A stretch of 64,000 nucleotides of DNA from Octopus vulgaris (GCA_951406725.2 OX597817.1:126914001-126978000), one strand, 5' to 3'. Counted from the stretch's first letter, positions 12,313-27,228 are shown. Program-made: numbers and translations. Notes: generated from the letters alone by a model not told the origin.

Positions 12313-14365
12313 ATAATTTTAATGCAATCACATAATGTATCAAACGCATAGAAATTTTTTTGATCTTATACATGTACACAAGGAAAATGTATATAACAAT
12401 CACGTTAGCCGTTTTATTTTCTATTGTGATTTTCACTGGCTATTGCATATCTGAGGGCATTCTTTATTTGCTGTGGTTCATTTCCCTTTTTTCTTCTTCG
12501 TTTACTATATGAATATTTGATCTGTTACATTTCAATACAATAGTACAATGTTTACATTGCAAATCAGTGATATTTACCTCATGTCGTGTATATCTTTAAA
12601 TTATGTAGTTACGCAACTATCTATACTTTGATATTAGTAATCTTTCACCAGTCCTAAATATTATAGGGGTTCTATCTGTGTTTCTCCCTCAAATAATTAC
12701 CATCAAGCTGAAAGGATAATTACAAATTCTCACTTGCATTCCTAGATTATTAGTGGATATATTCTCTATTTCTTGGATGTTTGTCTATCATATTTGCATT
12801 GATAACTAAGTTTGTATATTCAATATTGCCTGGACGTTATATTTTTATGTCAATTCCCTAAGAATATTTGCATACATTTTGCATTATTGTTTCTTTTTGC
12901 CAATGCACGATCACATATAACATATTCAAACATAACCATAAACAACACGCGCACACTCAAACACATGCACACACACACACCCATCATTGTTTGTCGTACC
13001 AGAAAATATAAATCTGATTGTGTATTTAAGTTAGTTTAATGTAATATGCTTACTCATTAAATATTTATTGTATGTTTCATAGACTGACTTATTGTTTCTA
13101 ACTGCTTATGAAAACATCTATAAGATTGATGAGTCGAAAACTGTCCGTCTCGAATTATGACTTTTTATTCCCCCTCAATAAATATTCCAATGATTTGCAC
13201 CAAATTGGTTTTTTAACAATTTATCTAGCCTGCCATTATGAACATTCGCATCAATGTAGAGCACTTAGTTCTATATTTTTAGTAATATATCTATGAATTA
13301 TTACTAGGACAATTAGACTGTTATGGCTTATTCCTTTAAGTCTATATTTATAATCATTAGGTATTAATCTCAAGTGTTTATAATATATCCTTTCTAATAT
13401 ATCCCTCTTTTGTGTGCATTCTTCAAAGACTACTTTATTGATTCCTTTGTAATTGACTAACTGTTTGTCTATTATTTTTATTTCTGAGCCCATGCATTAT
13501 CGTGATGAACATTTTCTTAATGATGTACTTGGCATATGATATGTGTGTCTGTGTGTGAGAGTGTGTGCGATCTCTGGGTGTGTATACATATACATCATAT
13601 ACATACAAACATACATACCTATAACTATGTATGCATAAATATATAAGCACGTTTATATCCATCCACATGTATTTTCGTACATAGAAATATGTAGATACAT
13701 GTGCATGTTCGTAGAGCATTTATTCCTGGACAATTTGTAAAATAACACATAATATAGGATGCAAAATTTCCTCATACATTTAATTACGTTGATATGAATA
13801 TTTCTTAATTTTTTTGGCCGACAGAGTATTTCAATTTTGCATAATTCATCTGTTAGAATCCACTTATAAGTTACTTGTATCTCTATAAATCGCCATGTTC
13901 ATCTGCGCTTAGCGCTTTTTCCACCTTTATGATTGGCTATTTATTGTCTAATTATTACATCATTACATCCGAAGTATTGGTGGTATTACGTAAAGCTCTA
14001 ATATTTACAATATTGTCAACACTCCTATATACAAAAGAAAATAAATCGGGAAGGTTTTTGAAATTTAATGAACAAAGCAAATTGTGACATCAACATAGTA
14101 TTGATTATTTTTGCATTGCAATATATGCATACACCGACGTATGGGATATACATTCATCACCATATACTTGTAGATATGTACATATACAAACTTATTATAT
14201 ATACACATATGCATAGCTGTATATATGTTCCTACACCTACTACATGATTAGGGAAATACAAATACGCATATTCCTAGATAGGCAGACATACAGCGTGAAA
14301 GATAGATAGATAGATTGATAGATACATCTATCCATCCATCCATGCATACATATACATATGTTTAA

Positions 14366-14437
<72 letters not shown>

Positions 14438-16361
14438 GCATACATTGAAATATACGTATATATATGCAGGGATGGATGGATGGATGGGTGTATATATATA
14501 TATATATACCTTTTCATAATTGATATTTTAATGATTCCCATATCACCAACTTCCTTTCTTCCTTCCATTTTTCTCTTTGAAAATACTTCCTATATTGAAA
14601 GAAATTAAAGTCGATTCTAGAATTGAATATGCTATCATTAGAGAAGTATTTACTTTCAGAAATTCTTTCTTTTTTCAGTTGGTAAAAGTTTTCTTTGAAT
14701 TCCTCTAACGTTCCAAGGGAAGAAGTTATAAGATCTGAAAAGATCTTCACATTTGAAATTACACACACGCGAGCACACAGGCACACATAAACTTACACAT
14801 AATATATACATACATACATACTTACATACATATAGATAGATAGATAGATTGGTAGGTAGGTAGATAGATAGATACATATAGGTATACATATATATTTATT
14901 ATATATATGCATACATATATGTGTGTGTGCGCGTGTGTGTAAGTGTATTCATTTGTGTGTAAGTACATACCTAATTAGTGCTTTTTCTCACTGTGTGAGC
15001 ATGGACCTATGCATATGTCAGTGTATTCACGTGAAAGTAAGCTTGTGTTGTAAAATATTTTCTGAAAGGAGTGACCTTCTCTCTTTTCGTAACTCGAGTT
15101 TTTATGGATACCGAAATAAAGAATAGTTGTAAAAATTTGCAAATTAGAAAATAAAAACTGACTAAATTCAAATTACTTTCATGGCTTTAGTTTTTATTGT
15201 TTCAATTATAAGAAAAATCTTACTGCGAATAAAAATAGAAAATTAATTGTTCGTTTATGTTTTAAATGCAGACGTATGTCTCTTTATGATTGTGTATGGC
15301 TTCTTGTCTAAGAAAAAGAAGTTTTTTTGTTTTGTTTTCCACTAAGATGTACTTTATAATATATGTAGTATTATTATGTTCATCATTATTGTTGATATTG
15401 TTATAATTATTATTTTTCATGTTGTTCTAATTAGACTCTGTCAATCTTCATTTCTTTTCGTTTAGAAAGAAAAGGATGGAGACACTATAGAGTTAGTATA
15501 TGCCTTTTTAAATGAGATTAATTTCTCTTTGTTTAACATCGATACTGAATCATCAAATCTATATTAAATGCAATTTTTGTATAACTTTTGTTCAGTATCT
15601 GGTATTTTATTTTCCTAAATTATAATCATTATATTTCTATCGTTTTAGAATATCATAGTAAACTATCTGTAAGTTCATTAAATTTCAGTTATCGTTGAAT
15701 GCCTGTCCTTATTCGTTTCTTTTAAATACTCAAGACAATGAGAACTCAAAACAAAACGTATTGACGATATAGAAAACTCAACTTTAAATATTTTAGATTG
15801 ATTTAATGTAATTCATCACTCATAAAAACTTATGCTATGAGTTTTTGAAGAGATATATTCCCTACATCTGATAAACCACTTTTCTTATAAATACTTCATC
15901 ATTCCCATTTCGTTAATATAACCACTTTCCGATCATGAGTTCACATGCAGTATACTAATACGAGCTACCATTCTTTGTATCTTATTGTAGATATTACCTG
16001 ATATTTATTACATGATATTTCCATTTCACATGGAAATCCGGAGGTGAATTACTTTGAACTTACCATTCAAGTTATCGAAATTAAGGTGATAATTTCATAA
16101 TATCCAGAATCACAAATTATTGTGTAAATAAGGTAGTTGATATAACGTTGTGAGTGTTGAAACTATTTTAATCTTTAGAATGTTCTCTTCACTCTTCCTA
16201 ACTGTTCCCATAAGTGATCTTGAATTCTTTAATAACTCATACATTATTTCTAAATAGGTTTAGCATTTGAGTTTATTTTAATTTTCGAAATTGTAATGAC
16301 ATGTATTTCCTTGATTTCACGTTACAAGTATTAGATTGTCAAGAATGTCCTTGCGGACAAG

Positions 16362-17596
16362 TATTAGGTTGTCAAGAATGTCCTTGGCTTTAAATGATTT
16401 TGGCTTTACTAATTAATTTTCGCTAAATTAATTTGACTTTATATATAATTTTAAAGCCCGTTTTTCGCTCTATCTAATCGTGTTACTCTTTTTTTTTCTT
16501 TTTGAAGAATTAGGTTTTTTTTCCGGAACATTGAATACAACATGGACAAAAAGCAAAGTCGCACAAATTGTTTTATTCCAGTTCAAGCTAAGCCGAAATG
16601 CTGCTAAACAGCTCGCGATGTCAACAACGCGCTTGGCCTAGGAACGTACAGCACAATGATGATTCAAGAAATTTCGTAGCCGTGACGAGAGTCTTGAAGA
16701 TGATAAGCGTAGTGGTCAGCGATCGGATGTTTACAACGATCAACTAAGAGCCTTAGTGAAAGTTAATCCACGCACAACTGTTTGAGAGCTTACTTCTGAA
16801 TTAGACGAAACGTGCACGACACATTCCAACCACTTGAGATTGGAAAAACAAAAATACTTGAGAAATTGGTGCCGCACGAATTGAACGACAACAACAACAA
16901 AAAAAAACCGGTTTGAAGTGTCGTATTCCCTTCTTTTACGCAGCAAGATCGACCCATTTCTCGACCCGACTGTGACTTGTGATGAATAGTGGATTCTTTA
17001 CGACAACAGACTACGCTCAGCTCAGTGGTTGGACGCCGACAAAGCACCACGTCACTTACCGAAGCCAAAGTTGCACCAAAAGAAGGTCAAACTGAATGCT
17101 TGTTTTCAGCGACCAGTCTCGTCTATCACAGCTTTTTTGATCCAAGCGAAATCATTACGGCGGAAAAGTACTGTCAGCAAATGGATGAGATGCATAAGAA
17201 ACTTCGACAGCAACAGCCAGCATTGGTCAATAGAAAAAGGCCAATTCTTCTCAATGACAACGCTCAGTCACACGTCGCACAACTGACCCTGCAGAAGGGG
17301 AACGAATTGGGCTACGAAACTCTGCCTCATCCGCCATACTCACCAGACCTCTCGCTTAACGACAAACACTTTTTCAAGCATCTCGACAACTTTCGTGAGA
17401 AATGTTCCAAAAACCAAGACGATGCCAAATACCCCTTCAACGGCTCCATCACCACCAGAACGCAGGATTTTTACACTACTGGCAAAACTGTGTTGATTGT
17501 GATGGTGCTTATTTCGATTAATAAAGTTTTGTTTGAGCCGAGATGTGTGCATCTGAATTTAAAGGTTAAAAACGCAAGAACTTTCTTAACCTAATA
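16362..17596 (+). mobile_element. Near full-length defective mariner (DD34D, cecropia/Hsmar1-like); transposase pseudogene from ATG 16542
   Basis: TA-flanked TIRs tattaggttgtcaagaatgtccttg / cgcaagaactttcttaacctaata. Motifs MDKKQ..., VPHEL, TCDE*WILYDN, LNDNAQSH and HPPYSPDLS, with frameshifts and stops. Confidence 0.93.
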
Positions 17597-19467
17597 TTAA
17601 GTGATTAATACACCTTATGATAGATTAGTCTTCTCAACTTTTTGAGACAAGAAGAATAGAGCGTACAGAATGATAACATGTACATGATATATTCAAGCTT
17701 AACAGATACATTCTGTATAAATATTCTAAATATTCTTGTACTTTCGGGCACAGAATATATAGTTGGCGCAATTCAAATCTTATATTAACGTTAATACAAA
17801 ACAGAGCCATTTATGGTTAAGTTAGCTCTAATATGTTTTGCCCAATAATGGATGGATATAAAGTAAAATTAGTAATAAGTAATAGCACTCTTCACTTTCA
17901 TGTTGAAAAATCTCGCACGTCACTATCTCAGTAGGAGAATTTTTTTCTCATCTGGTTTTAAAGGGTTTCAATAATTATGTCTTCCAATATCTCATAAATA
18001 TTACGGCGTAATACTTTGATGCATATTAATGTATTTAACGATTGTGCTTGGAATAAATAGTAAAATACCTGATGAAAATATTTTAGGATATCCATTATTT
18101 GTTCCTCCTAATATACTGTTATGAACACATTTACGTTTCGTCCATCCGTGTCAAATATAAGCACTGGTTATATATTGGCGTTATCTCGCTCATAATCTTG
18201 TGAGTTAATGCTTTTAAATAACCTGATGATACGCTGAGGAATACAAGTCTCTGAAACGTTTCATAAAATTTATGAAAAACGTGTTCATTGATTTCGAGAA
18301 CTAAATGATCCAAGGTAGTAACTAAGTTTTTCTAAAGCAAATATCTATCTGTTGGCAACATTGCTAATTTGAACATAAAAGACGTATACATTCATATTAG
18401 AAATATACAAAATGAAAAAAGTTAACACGTATAACAAATCATTAATACAATGAAAGTATTCTAACATATAAATATGTGCAAAGCACTTCAACTAGGCTAC
18501 TTGGCATTGTCAAGTGCCTGAATCTCATCATTACTCTAAGTATTTAATGGTTATAAAATATTATAAAATGTGACAATGTTTAACATTATATTTCTTGTGA
18601 AATTCGTATGCATTGTTTTAAATATAGAAATATTTCAAAAAAAAAATTAAAATTTTATGAAAAATAAAATAATTAGTTTTGAATCAAATTAAACATCACG
18701 CATGACTAGCAAAATTTGTCGGAAGTTACTTCTTCCATTAATAACACAAATGCATATGATGAGAATTATTAATTTCCATGGAAACAATTTTCTAATCGAT
18801 AAAATATGCTGATAATTGAAATAAATTAGTTTTAGTATGATTATTATTTATAAAAATAGTAATGTTCATGATTTCCATGAGTATCACAATTAATTTTATT
18901 TGTTGCAAGAAACTAGTGAAGAAACATGTCACTAGTTTTAAAGTAATCTTGAGTTATATAAGGGGTATTTACTCTATGGAATGTAGATTTCTTCTACCTG
19001 ATTTAACGTTCTATTTTTCATGTCCTGTATTGTTTTACCTATTTATAGTCATATAATTTCAATTTTTTATTGGTATATCTTCTTTAGTGTATTAATTCCT
19101 GTTCGGAAGTGTTAAGTCGATTTGCTTCGCTTATCTAATATAATTTCCCCCTCGTGTAATTCCTATTCTGAAGTAGTTTCCAAAGACCAACATGATCGTG
19201 TCTTTCTGCGATTTATAATGCGAATATATCTGTCTCATTATTGAATATGAGTCCTTTCTATATTGAAAATTGTCGCTCTTTAACCCGTGTAACTTGAAAC
19301 CTGTTACGATGCTTCATATATAATAGATAGTTGCTCATCATCCCATAAAATTCGTATCCGAATGTTATGTTGTTTCACATGCTGCAATTGGTGCTAGCGC
19401 CGGAGAGGAAATTTACGAGATTCAGCTGAAATTTTCAAAGGCTAACAAATATACTCGTACACATAGT

Positions 19468-19710
19468 TACTCTTTTACTCTTATTTGTTTCAGTCATTTA
19501 ACTGCGGCCAAGGTAGATTCAGCGTGGCATATAATGTGACAAGACTGGCACTTTGAAATACAGTTATTGCTCATATTTGGTAGTCGAGTGGACTGGAGCA
19601 GTGTGAAATAAAGATATTTGCTCGGGGACACAATGCACCTCCGGAAATTTAATTCATAGCCTTACGATCATGAACCGCATATATTAACCACTCAGTAATG
19701 CATCTTCACA
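19468..19710 (-). mobile_element. SINE remnants: family-1 3' tail (19468-19510) next to a family-2 body
   Basis: gtttcagtcatttaactgcggcca is the reverse complement of the family-1 tail. attcagcgtggcatataatgtgacaag...tttgaaatacag matches 61050-61096. Confidence 0.65.
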
Positions 19711-20739
19711 TATATAATTCTATACACTACATGTAGGAAATGCTAAGTAAATTGGACAATGCACCAGTATTTGAAAGAATTTACTGCTATCAGTCAAATT
19801 TATATAATGAAAAGTAAAGTTTTGGAAAATGTTTTGGCCTTTCTTCTTCTGTTGTTCAATCATACTTTTATGAATTCTATCAAAATTTTAGATATTGTGC
19901 AGCAACTAGACATATATGTTTGCGTATTATGAGACAATAGAAAACTATTCTAATACATATACAAATATTTTAAATATGCACTTATATGCTATGCGTATAT
20001 CAGTTTTTTTATTTCATATAAGAAATAATAATTATTTATATTTCATACTGAATGTATTCTGAATAATTTTGTCGCAGTATTTCTCTTCACTTCTTTCATT
20101 CATATTTCACCTTCATATTTTATTATATTTTAAAATTTCTACACGTAGCATCCCTATTAGTTGAGGTCTTTCAGTCATGTACAAATATGAAATGAGTTCA
20201 AACACAAACAAGAAAAATTATTCACGTGAAAAAAAACATCTTATAACACAAATCTTCCTTTATTATTCTAAGATGTGCCTATTTTTTAAAAAGTATATTT
20301 GTATTTATTGCTCTTTGTTATGCTATAGAAATAAGCAAAATCCATATCATTATTATATTGAAAACCGACCACAGCATATGAATGAAGTACTGTATTATAG
20401 TGCTTTATAGGGACTGAATGAAGAGCTTAAAGTTTACTTTCGTGAATAACAATTAACAATGCAAGCCGACCTTTGTACAACTTCAATTCGGATGAAGGTA
20501 TATCAGTTTTGGCGTTGTCAATTCTTTTCGTAATTATTTTTTTTTTGTAGTTTCTCATCTCTCAGATTGATTAGATTTACAATCAAATCATTCTCACGAC
20601 GAGTAACCAGATGTTTTGATTATTGTTACTACCAATATCGTTGTTCTTGCTGCTGCTGCTGGACGACTACGACGACGATGACGATGATGTTAATGATCAT
20701 AAAGATAATGATATTTGTCGCTGAATATTAGCTATTACA

Positions 20740-21675
20740 GTTTTGTCCAACTAATTTTATCGACCAGTAAAGACTGAAAGGCAAACTCGATATCAACGGA
20801 ATTTGAACCCAGAGGTGAAAGGTGGACGAAATACTGCTAACAATTTTGCTACGTTTGCTACCGATTCGATCAGCTTATCACCCAATCTATATTTAGTAGT
20901 AGCGGTTTCAAATTTTTAGCAAGTACGGATAGTGGTCAAGACAATAGTATAGACCGACATTGTTCGCCTGGTGCTTATTTTGTCGATGCCAAAGGGATGA
21001 CTGGAAAAACCGACCTCCGCAGAATTTGAACTCAGAAATCGCCGCCTTATCTATATTTAATGGTATTGAAAAGGAATAACTGCTTTCAATATTTTCTTGT
21101 GGTAGGACGGGGAGGTGGTAGAAACGTTAGCACGCCGGGCGAAATGCTTAACAGTATTTCGTCTGCCGCTCCGTACTGACTTCAAATTCCGCCGAGGTCG
21201 ACTTTGCCTTGCATCCTTTCGGGGTCGATAAATTAAGTCTTGTTTGTCCTCTCTCTGTTTAGCCCCTTGTGGGTAGTAAAGAAATAGGTATTTCGTCTAC
21301 CGCTTAGTTCTGAGTTCAAATTCCACCGAGGTCGACTTTGCCTATCATCCTTCCGAGGTCGATTAAATAAGTACCAATTACGCACTGGAGTCGATGTAAT
21401 CGACTTAATCCCTTTGTCTGTCCTCTTTTTGTCCCCTCTGTCCCCCCCCTGTTGTCAATAACGAAATAAATATTTTCTTGTTATAATGAGGTCAAAACGC
21501 TTAGTGATATTTCGTTTGTCATGCGTTCTGAATTCAAATTTCACCGAGGGCAACTTGGCCTTTCAACAATTCGGTATCGATAAAATAAGTATCAGTTCAT
21601 TGCTGAGGTTGATGTAATCGACTTTATTCATCTCATTCCGTGAAATTGGTGGTCACATGCCAAAATTTGAAATAA
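20740..21675. mobile_element. Cluster of five family-3 SINE units: two on minus (20740-20880, 20901-21048), then a plus-strand dimer (21101-21468) and another plus copy (21495-21675)
   Basis: Repeated core ttcaaattccgccgaggtcgactttgcc. A 13-bp TSD aatattttcttgt (21088-21100 / 21469-21481) flanks the dimer. An imperfect TSD atctatattta flanks the second minus copy. Confidence 0.85.
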
Positions 21676-21680
21676 ATGTT

Positions 21681-22173
21681 TAGTTAGTTAGTTAATTTGG
21701 CTCAAAAGCAAATAGCAAGGCCATGTAGGGGGACATGGAGTTAAGTACAGGGTGGTAATATGGCTGCTGTGAGCATTCCGAATGACCGTCGAATCAAAAA
21801 CAGAATTCCGCGCGCTTTGTTGGCAGCATGGACGCACTGGGCCGAAGGCGAAAAGGAGGAATTCACCAAGATACCCAGATCCTTTACCTGATCGGTCCTC
21901 TCCAGCAGCAGACGACCCGGCTCGAAATCAAGTTGAGTTGCAGGAGTAGAACCGACAGGCAGATGACAGCACTTCGACACGTTCAGACACAGGTCCCAAT
22001 CGTTAGACCACTTCCAAATTTGGTGGAGGCATCGACGAATATCCTCTATACTACCGCGAGGAGCGACCAGTTTGATATCGTCGGCAAATAGAAGGGTGTG
22101 TTAAGGGAAACCGGTCGGTAGTTAAGCGGGTCTTCGCGGCTCCCTTTCTTGAAAATTGGGCAGATTATCGCAG
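21681..22173 (-). mobile_element. CR1-clade LINE fragment (RT) with two internal deletions and a short (CTAA)n-type tail
   Basis: Minus translation AIICPIFKKGSREDPLNYRPVSL // LFADDIKL...WSNDWDLCLNVSKC...VKDLGILVNSSFSPSAQCVHAANKARGILFLIRRSF. The tail is tagttagttagtt on the + strand. Confidence 0.88.
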
Positions 22174-24711
22174 ATTATAAGTGTTGTAACAGCTACTAAA
22201 GTTTTATCGAGCAACCACATAAGATACACTTATTTTTTGTTGATTGTATTTCTCTGATGGACGACAAATATCCATGTTATATATAACATTATATTACAAT
22301 CAATAACTTTTGATGGGTAGCTATAGGTTATCTAAATCTGTGTTACATTGTATATATTCTCCAAGAAATAAACAAAGTCAATGTTATGTATTCTACAGAA
22401 AATTTGGTGCTTGTGCGAGTTTACGCAGAAGTCTTCAAAATATTTATTCTCATCGCACACACGTATCTATTACCTAGTGAAATATGACTGCATGAATTCA
22501 TAATTTTGCGCAGTGCATAGCAATTTTTGCCTTTTGAATTTGTGTAGGTGTTTTTAGTTTAATGCCTCCACGTGAATGGAAATCAAACTAAATTACGGCT
22601 CTATTGTATCTGATGAAACGTTATCTAGAGAATGTTTTAAACAGTTGTTTGTAAGCGAAAGAGAGTGAATGGCAAATAGTTAATACTCTGTAATAACGAA
22701 CGTTTTTGTTTTCTAGTTTTAAAGAAACCAGTCTGCTGTTGTTCTATTTGAAGATGTTTAAATGACCGCTGTTTAGTGAATTATTTGTTGTCGTAATCAG
22801 GAAAAAGACATTTTAAATTTCCATAATTGTTTTTGCTGATGTCGATACAATCCGATGCATATCAATTACTTTAGAAAACTTTAGACTGGTGCGCCTAGTA
22901 TTCAATATACTCAATTTTCTTACTTTAATACCTACGCCTGAAAACATGTTATACCTGCTTAACGGCCATATAAATGGCTTTATTGTGTAAATTAGTAAAA
23001 CAAATAGCCAACAGTATGCTAACAACTGCTTATAGATGAAACCGTGACTTGTGCAACGACGTCTGCTATATTGCTAGAATATTACTATGGTGAAATCTAT
23101 TAGTTTCCGAAACAAATGAGATCGGAGAAGTTTAAACCACTTCAATATATCATATGCATTTCAAAGAAATAAGGTTTATGCACCGAAAAGATACATTCGT
23201 CAATTAGGCAGCTTATATATTATATATGAATTAATTATCAACGTGTTTGTCATTTGAATTACAAATTTTGTTACTAATAAAGGTTCAATAACAACTCCTG
23301 TGTCATGCTTTTTGCCTGTATTTGTTCACACGCTAGCGCACTATCTCCTAAAAGTTATGAATTATATATCTGAGTGATATCGAAAGTTCATTTTAATTTA
23401 TGCAAAAATAACAATCGCTGTGTCTGGTATATAATATAAATTTATAGCTTATTCATATTGAACATATCTTTTTAAATAAAAGTATTCCACAAGAAGAATT
23501 CCCTTATATTTTTATTAATAGTATTCAAAGGAGTAGTATTCATTTTGTGTATGTTCTATAAACATTCCTATGCTACCATATTGCATTTTATCAAATTACT
23601 ATCAACAGTAACAATCACTAAACTTTTCCTTATTTTCACTTCCAGCTTGCCTGTCCTTTTCGAAAAATTATCACCAATCAGTAATTTTCTGATCAAATTT
23701 TAGAACACTGATATAAAGATATGTACTGCTGGTAAAATAATGATGTACCAGTGTTTATTGTATCATTAAAATAAATTAATACAAAAATAATTTTCAAACT
23801 ATGAATTTATTTTGTCATCAAGTGACCATTATAGAAATTTGAAACAAAATATAGATTTTTAAGAAGAAAATATTGGAATTGTTATATTTAATCCTCATCT
23901 TATTTATCCCTCTCTTTTCCATCTTAATAATAATTATGTTATTAGTACTAATTGTTATTATTATTAGCAGTAATATGAAATATTATTAATAATATTGTTA
24001 GTGAGTTTACTATAATGTTTATTATGATATTTGGAAGCTACGGTACATGACAATAAATGTAAATTATTTTAAACATGAAATGACCTAACATATCTAGGCA
24101 CAGAGATAACTTCACTCTACACTATGGAAGAGAAGATTAAATTATTTCTGTAAGACCAAATTAAAAAGAAAAAGCACTGAATGAAAAAAATTACAAATAT
24201 ATAAAAATACTGTCAATAAAATAATAAAAAAGAATAGCGTAAAATACATTAATAAAGAAGTTTAGGAAATTATTCATTCTGAATTTCCAGTAAAAGTGTG
24301 ATAAACAATGCAATAAAGAAAGTGATAAAACTGTCATAAAACATTGCCTGTTTAGTAAAATGTAGTATGCATATATACATACACATGTATCTATTCATAG
24401 GTCTATGTAAATAAGTTTCGTGCGTGCGTGTGACTGTGTGTGTGTGAGATTCAGAGAATAGTTGTGTATTTTGCACGTGTAATATGAGCACAAAATAGAT
24501 GTATATACATGATTTATTACTCAATAAAGACAGTTATATACATGTATGAATACAAATAATATACTCGAAAGAACAACGAAAATATTCGAAACTTGGAAAC
24601 TTGGAATAGCCCTGCAAATAATTATAGAGATACATGTATAATATATTAATATGTATATAAGAATGTGCACGAATTATTCTCTCTCACCCCTCCCACCTAT
24701 ATGTATATATG

Positions 24712-24743
<32 letters not shown>

Positions 24744-24801
24744 CTTTTGTGCTTGAATAACTGTGTGTACACAAAGACATACATAGACAGAAACAGGGAA
24801 G

Positions 24802-24833
<32 letters not shown>

Positions 24834-25379
24834 ATATTTATTATAAAATTTATAATAGTACAATATTACTTGTTATCAGTGATAACGCATAGTGATAAAA
24901 TTGTCTGACAAAACTTTTAATATTCTATCTTTTTAAATATCAGTTAGTTTAATTTGAATAAGAATGTAAAAATAGAGAACGGGTAAGAATATAAAGAGGG
25001 AGAGAGAGAGAGAGTGGAACGCAGAAATGAAAATCAGTAAAAATAAACAACGCTACAATGGGTCTTAATGTCAATGATTTCTCAGTAGACTGACCACGTT
25101 TTTAAGAGGAAAGATATGATCAATATAAAGAATGATATTATAGAAACCATTTTATATACACACATTTAGAATATTCCTTTTACTAACGTATACGCAACCA
25201 TAAGAACGAACTTTATTTTAATTATTGTTCGAAGTTGGTATGTTACTGTGGCCATATACTTTCATCTTTAGGATCACTAAATAAACACGTTCGGCTCTAA
25301 AGACTAGTTTCAATAATAATGGAGTCACATATTTCAGAAGATATTAAAATTTCGAGTGTGTATAGATGCACACGCATGC

Positions 25380-25420
<41 letters not shown>

Positions 25421-25439
25421 CGTCTTCCTGTATGTATAT

Positions 25440-25485
<46 letters not shown>

Positions 25486-25531
25486 TACATATATATGTAC
25501 GTATAAATATATATGTATATATATGTATGTA

Positions 25532-25584
<53 letters not shown>

Positions 25585-25609
25585 GTATGTTTGTGTGTAT
25601 AATATTCAA

Positions 25610-25810
25610 TCTTTTACGTATTCCAGTCATCAGACTGCTGATATGCTGGAGCATCTCCTTGATAGACGAATGAATCGACTCCAGTACATTTTAAAGCTTT
25701 GTCGAGCCGCTAATCTACGGAGACGTACACGCCCCAACACCGGTTGTAAAACGGTAGCAGGGCACAATCATAGATACCAAGCCAGAGACACACACACACA
25801 CACACACAAC
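25610..25810 (-). mobile_element. Family-1 SINE 3' half, degraded
   Basis: cagtcatcagactgctgatatgctggagca...ccgctaatctacggagacgtacac is reverse-complement similar to 27070-27220. Confidence 0.65.
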
Positions 25811-26846
25811 AAAAGTAAGAGATAATATGCTTCGTGATGATAAGCATTCAATCAAGCAGTATTTTAGTGCTGATGCGAAATTATTTGTAACATTAAATAT
25901 TCATAATCATGCAAGCGTTTCATAAATGCGCGGGGTCTGATTTTGAGTGAGCATTTGTTTTCTTTTTGTTAGTATATCACTTTAAGACATCATACGTAAA
26001 GGAAATCCTATCAAACTTCAAAACAGTAAACGGAAAGTGAAACACATTAGGTGGTAGAATTCTATCATCATTTGATTTATACAGAGTAGGTTATAGGTAT
26101 TAGAAATAAATGATATATGCATTATTCCCCTTATGTGCATGCTGAAAAGCAAGTGATTCGGCCATATCTATTGAGCATTTATTCCAATTTACTCAATTAG
26201 ATGATTTCCGTATGAATCCTGTAAATATAGATAGATTCGCTCAGTAACTATGAGCTAACCGACTGAATGAACTGCTTTCAATGACGAATTAAATCATTGC
26301 GGTCACAAGAGACATCAGTAATTTCCATCAATTCACAATATATCTTCTTACGTGATGATACATAAGATCATATAACAGTGAAAATCATATTCGAACCAAT
26401 TGGAATGTCTTTACTCATAGATTTGGTAGATCAGTAATAATTTTTGGCTAAAAAGTGACATCATATGACAATCACAGGCGGGTTTCTGTCAAAAGGTTTA
26501 TTTGTGATTGTATCTCAGTTGTGCGATATTCATTCGATTGCTATTTATTTTAATCGAATTCTTTATTCCAATGTAGGATATCTGTTACATATCGAGACGT
26601 TTGCTGAGATCGTACAACATAATCGCTTACGCAGGTACGACTCACGTTTAAGTTTCAATTTAATTTTTTTTCATCAAAATTATAATTTTTAAAAATTTGT
26701 TAATTTTACTTGGAAATGATCACTGTTTTCATTATGCAATACAGCAAATTAATTACCTATAAATAATATGAAATGTATTCTCTAGATAGGTGTTTCTACA
26801 GGATATCGATCGAACACTCTACCAATTCGTTACAAAATCTAACCAA

Positions 26847-27228
26847 AGCGCATGCGTGGCTGTGTGGTAAGGAGTTTGCTTCCGAACCATGTGGCTCGTA
26901 GCTTAGTCCTACTGCGTGGCACCTTGGGCAAATATCTGCTAATATAGTCTCGAGAAGACCAAAGCCTTGTACGTGGATTTGGAAACTGAACGAAGCCTGT
27001 CGTTTATATATGTATATATGTGTGTGTTTGTGCCTGTAGTTGTTACCTCACCATTACTTAACTACCAAAGTTAGTGTGTTTACGTCCTCGTAATCTAGTG
27101 ATTCGTCAAAGAGACCGATATAATGAGTACCAGGCTCACAATGAATATTCCAAGGGTCAATTTCTTCGACTAAAGGTGGTGCCCAACCATGGCCACAGTC
27201 AAAAGGACTGAAGCAGGTAAAAGATAGT
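26847..27228 (+). mobile_element. Full-length family-1 tRNA-derived SINE
   Basis: A box TGGCTGTGTGG, CORE-like gcaccttgggcaaat, an internal (TA/TG) tract, and tail gactgaagcaggtaaaagatag. Confidence 0.85.

Noticed and set aside
16989-17594. 201-aa ORF as a functional or domesticated transposase (SETMAR-like)
   Set aside because: It is a frameshift mosaic. There is a stop next to the first catalytic Asp, the N-terminus is broken, and no SET exon is visible.
25319-25825. 168-aa ORF and the many [12 protein letters not shown]/poly-N, -I, -L, -Y ORFs
   Set aside because: These are stop-free read-throughs of microsatellites. The non-repetitive part of this one is an antisense SINE.
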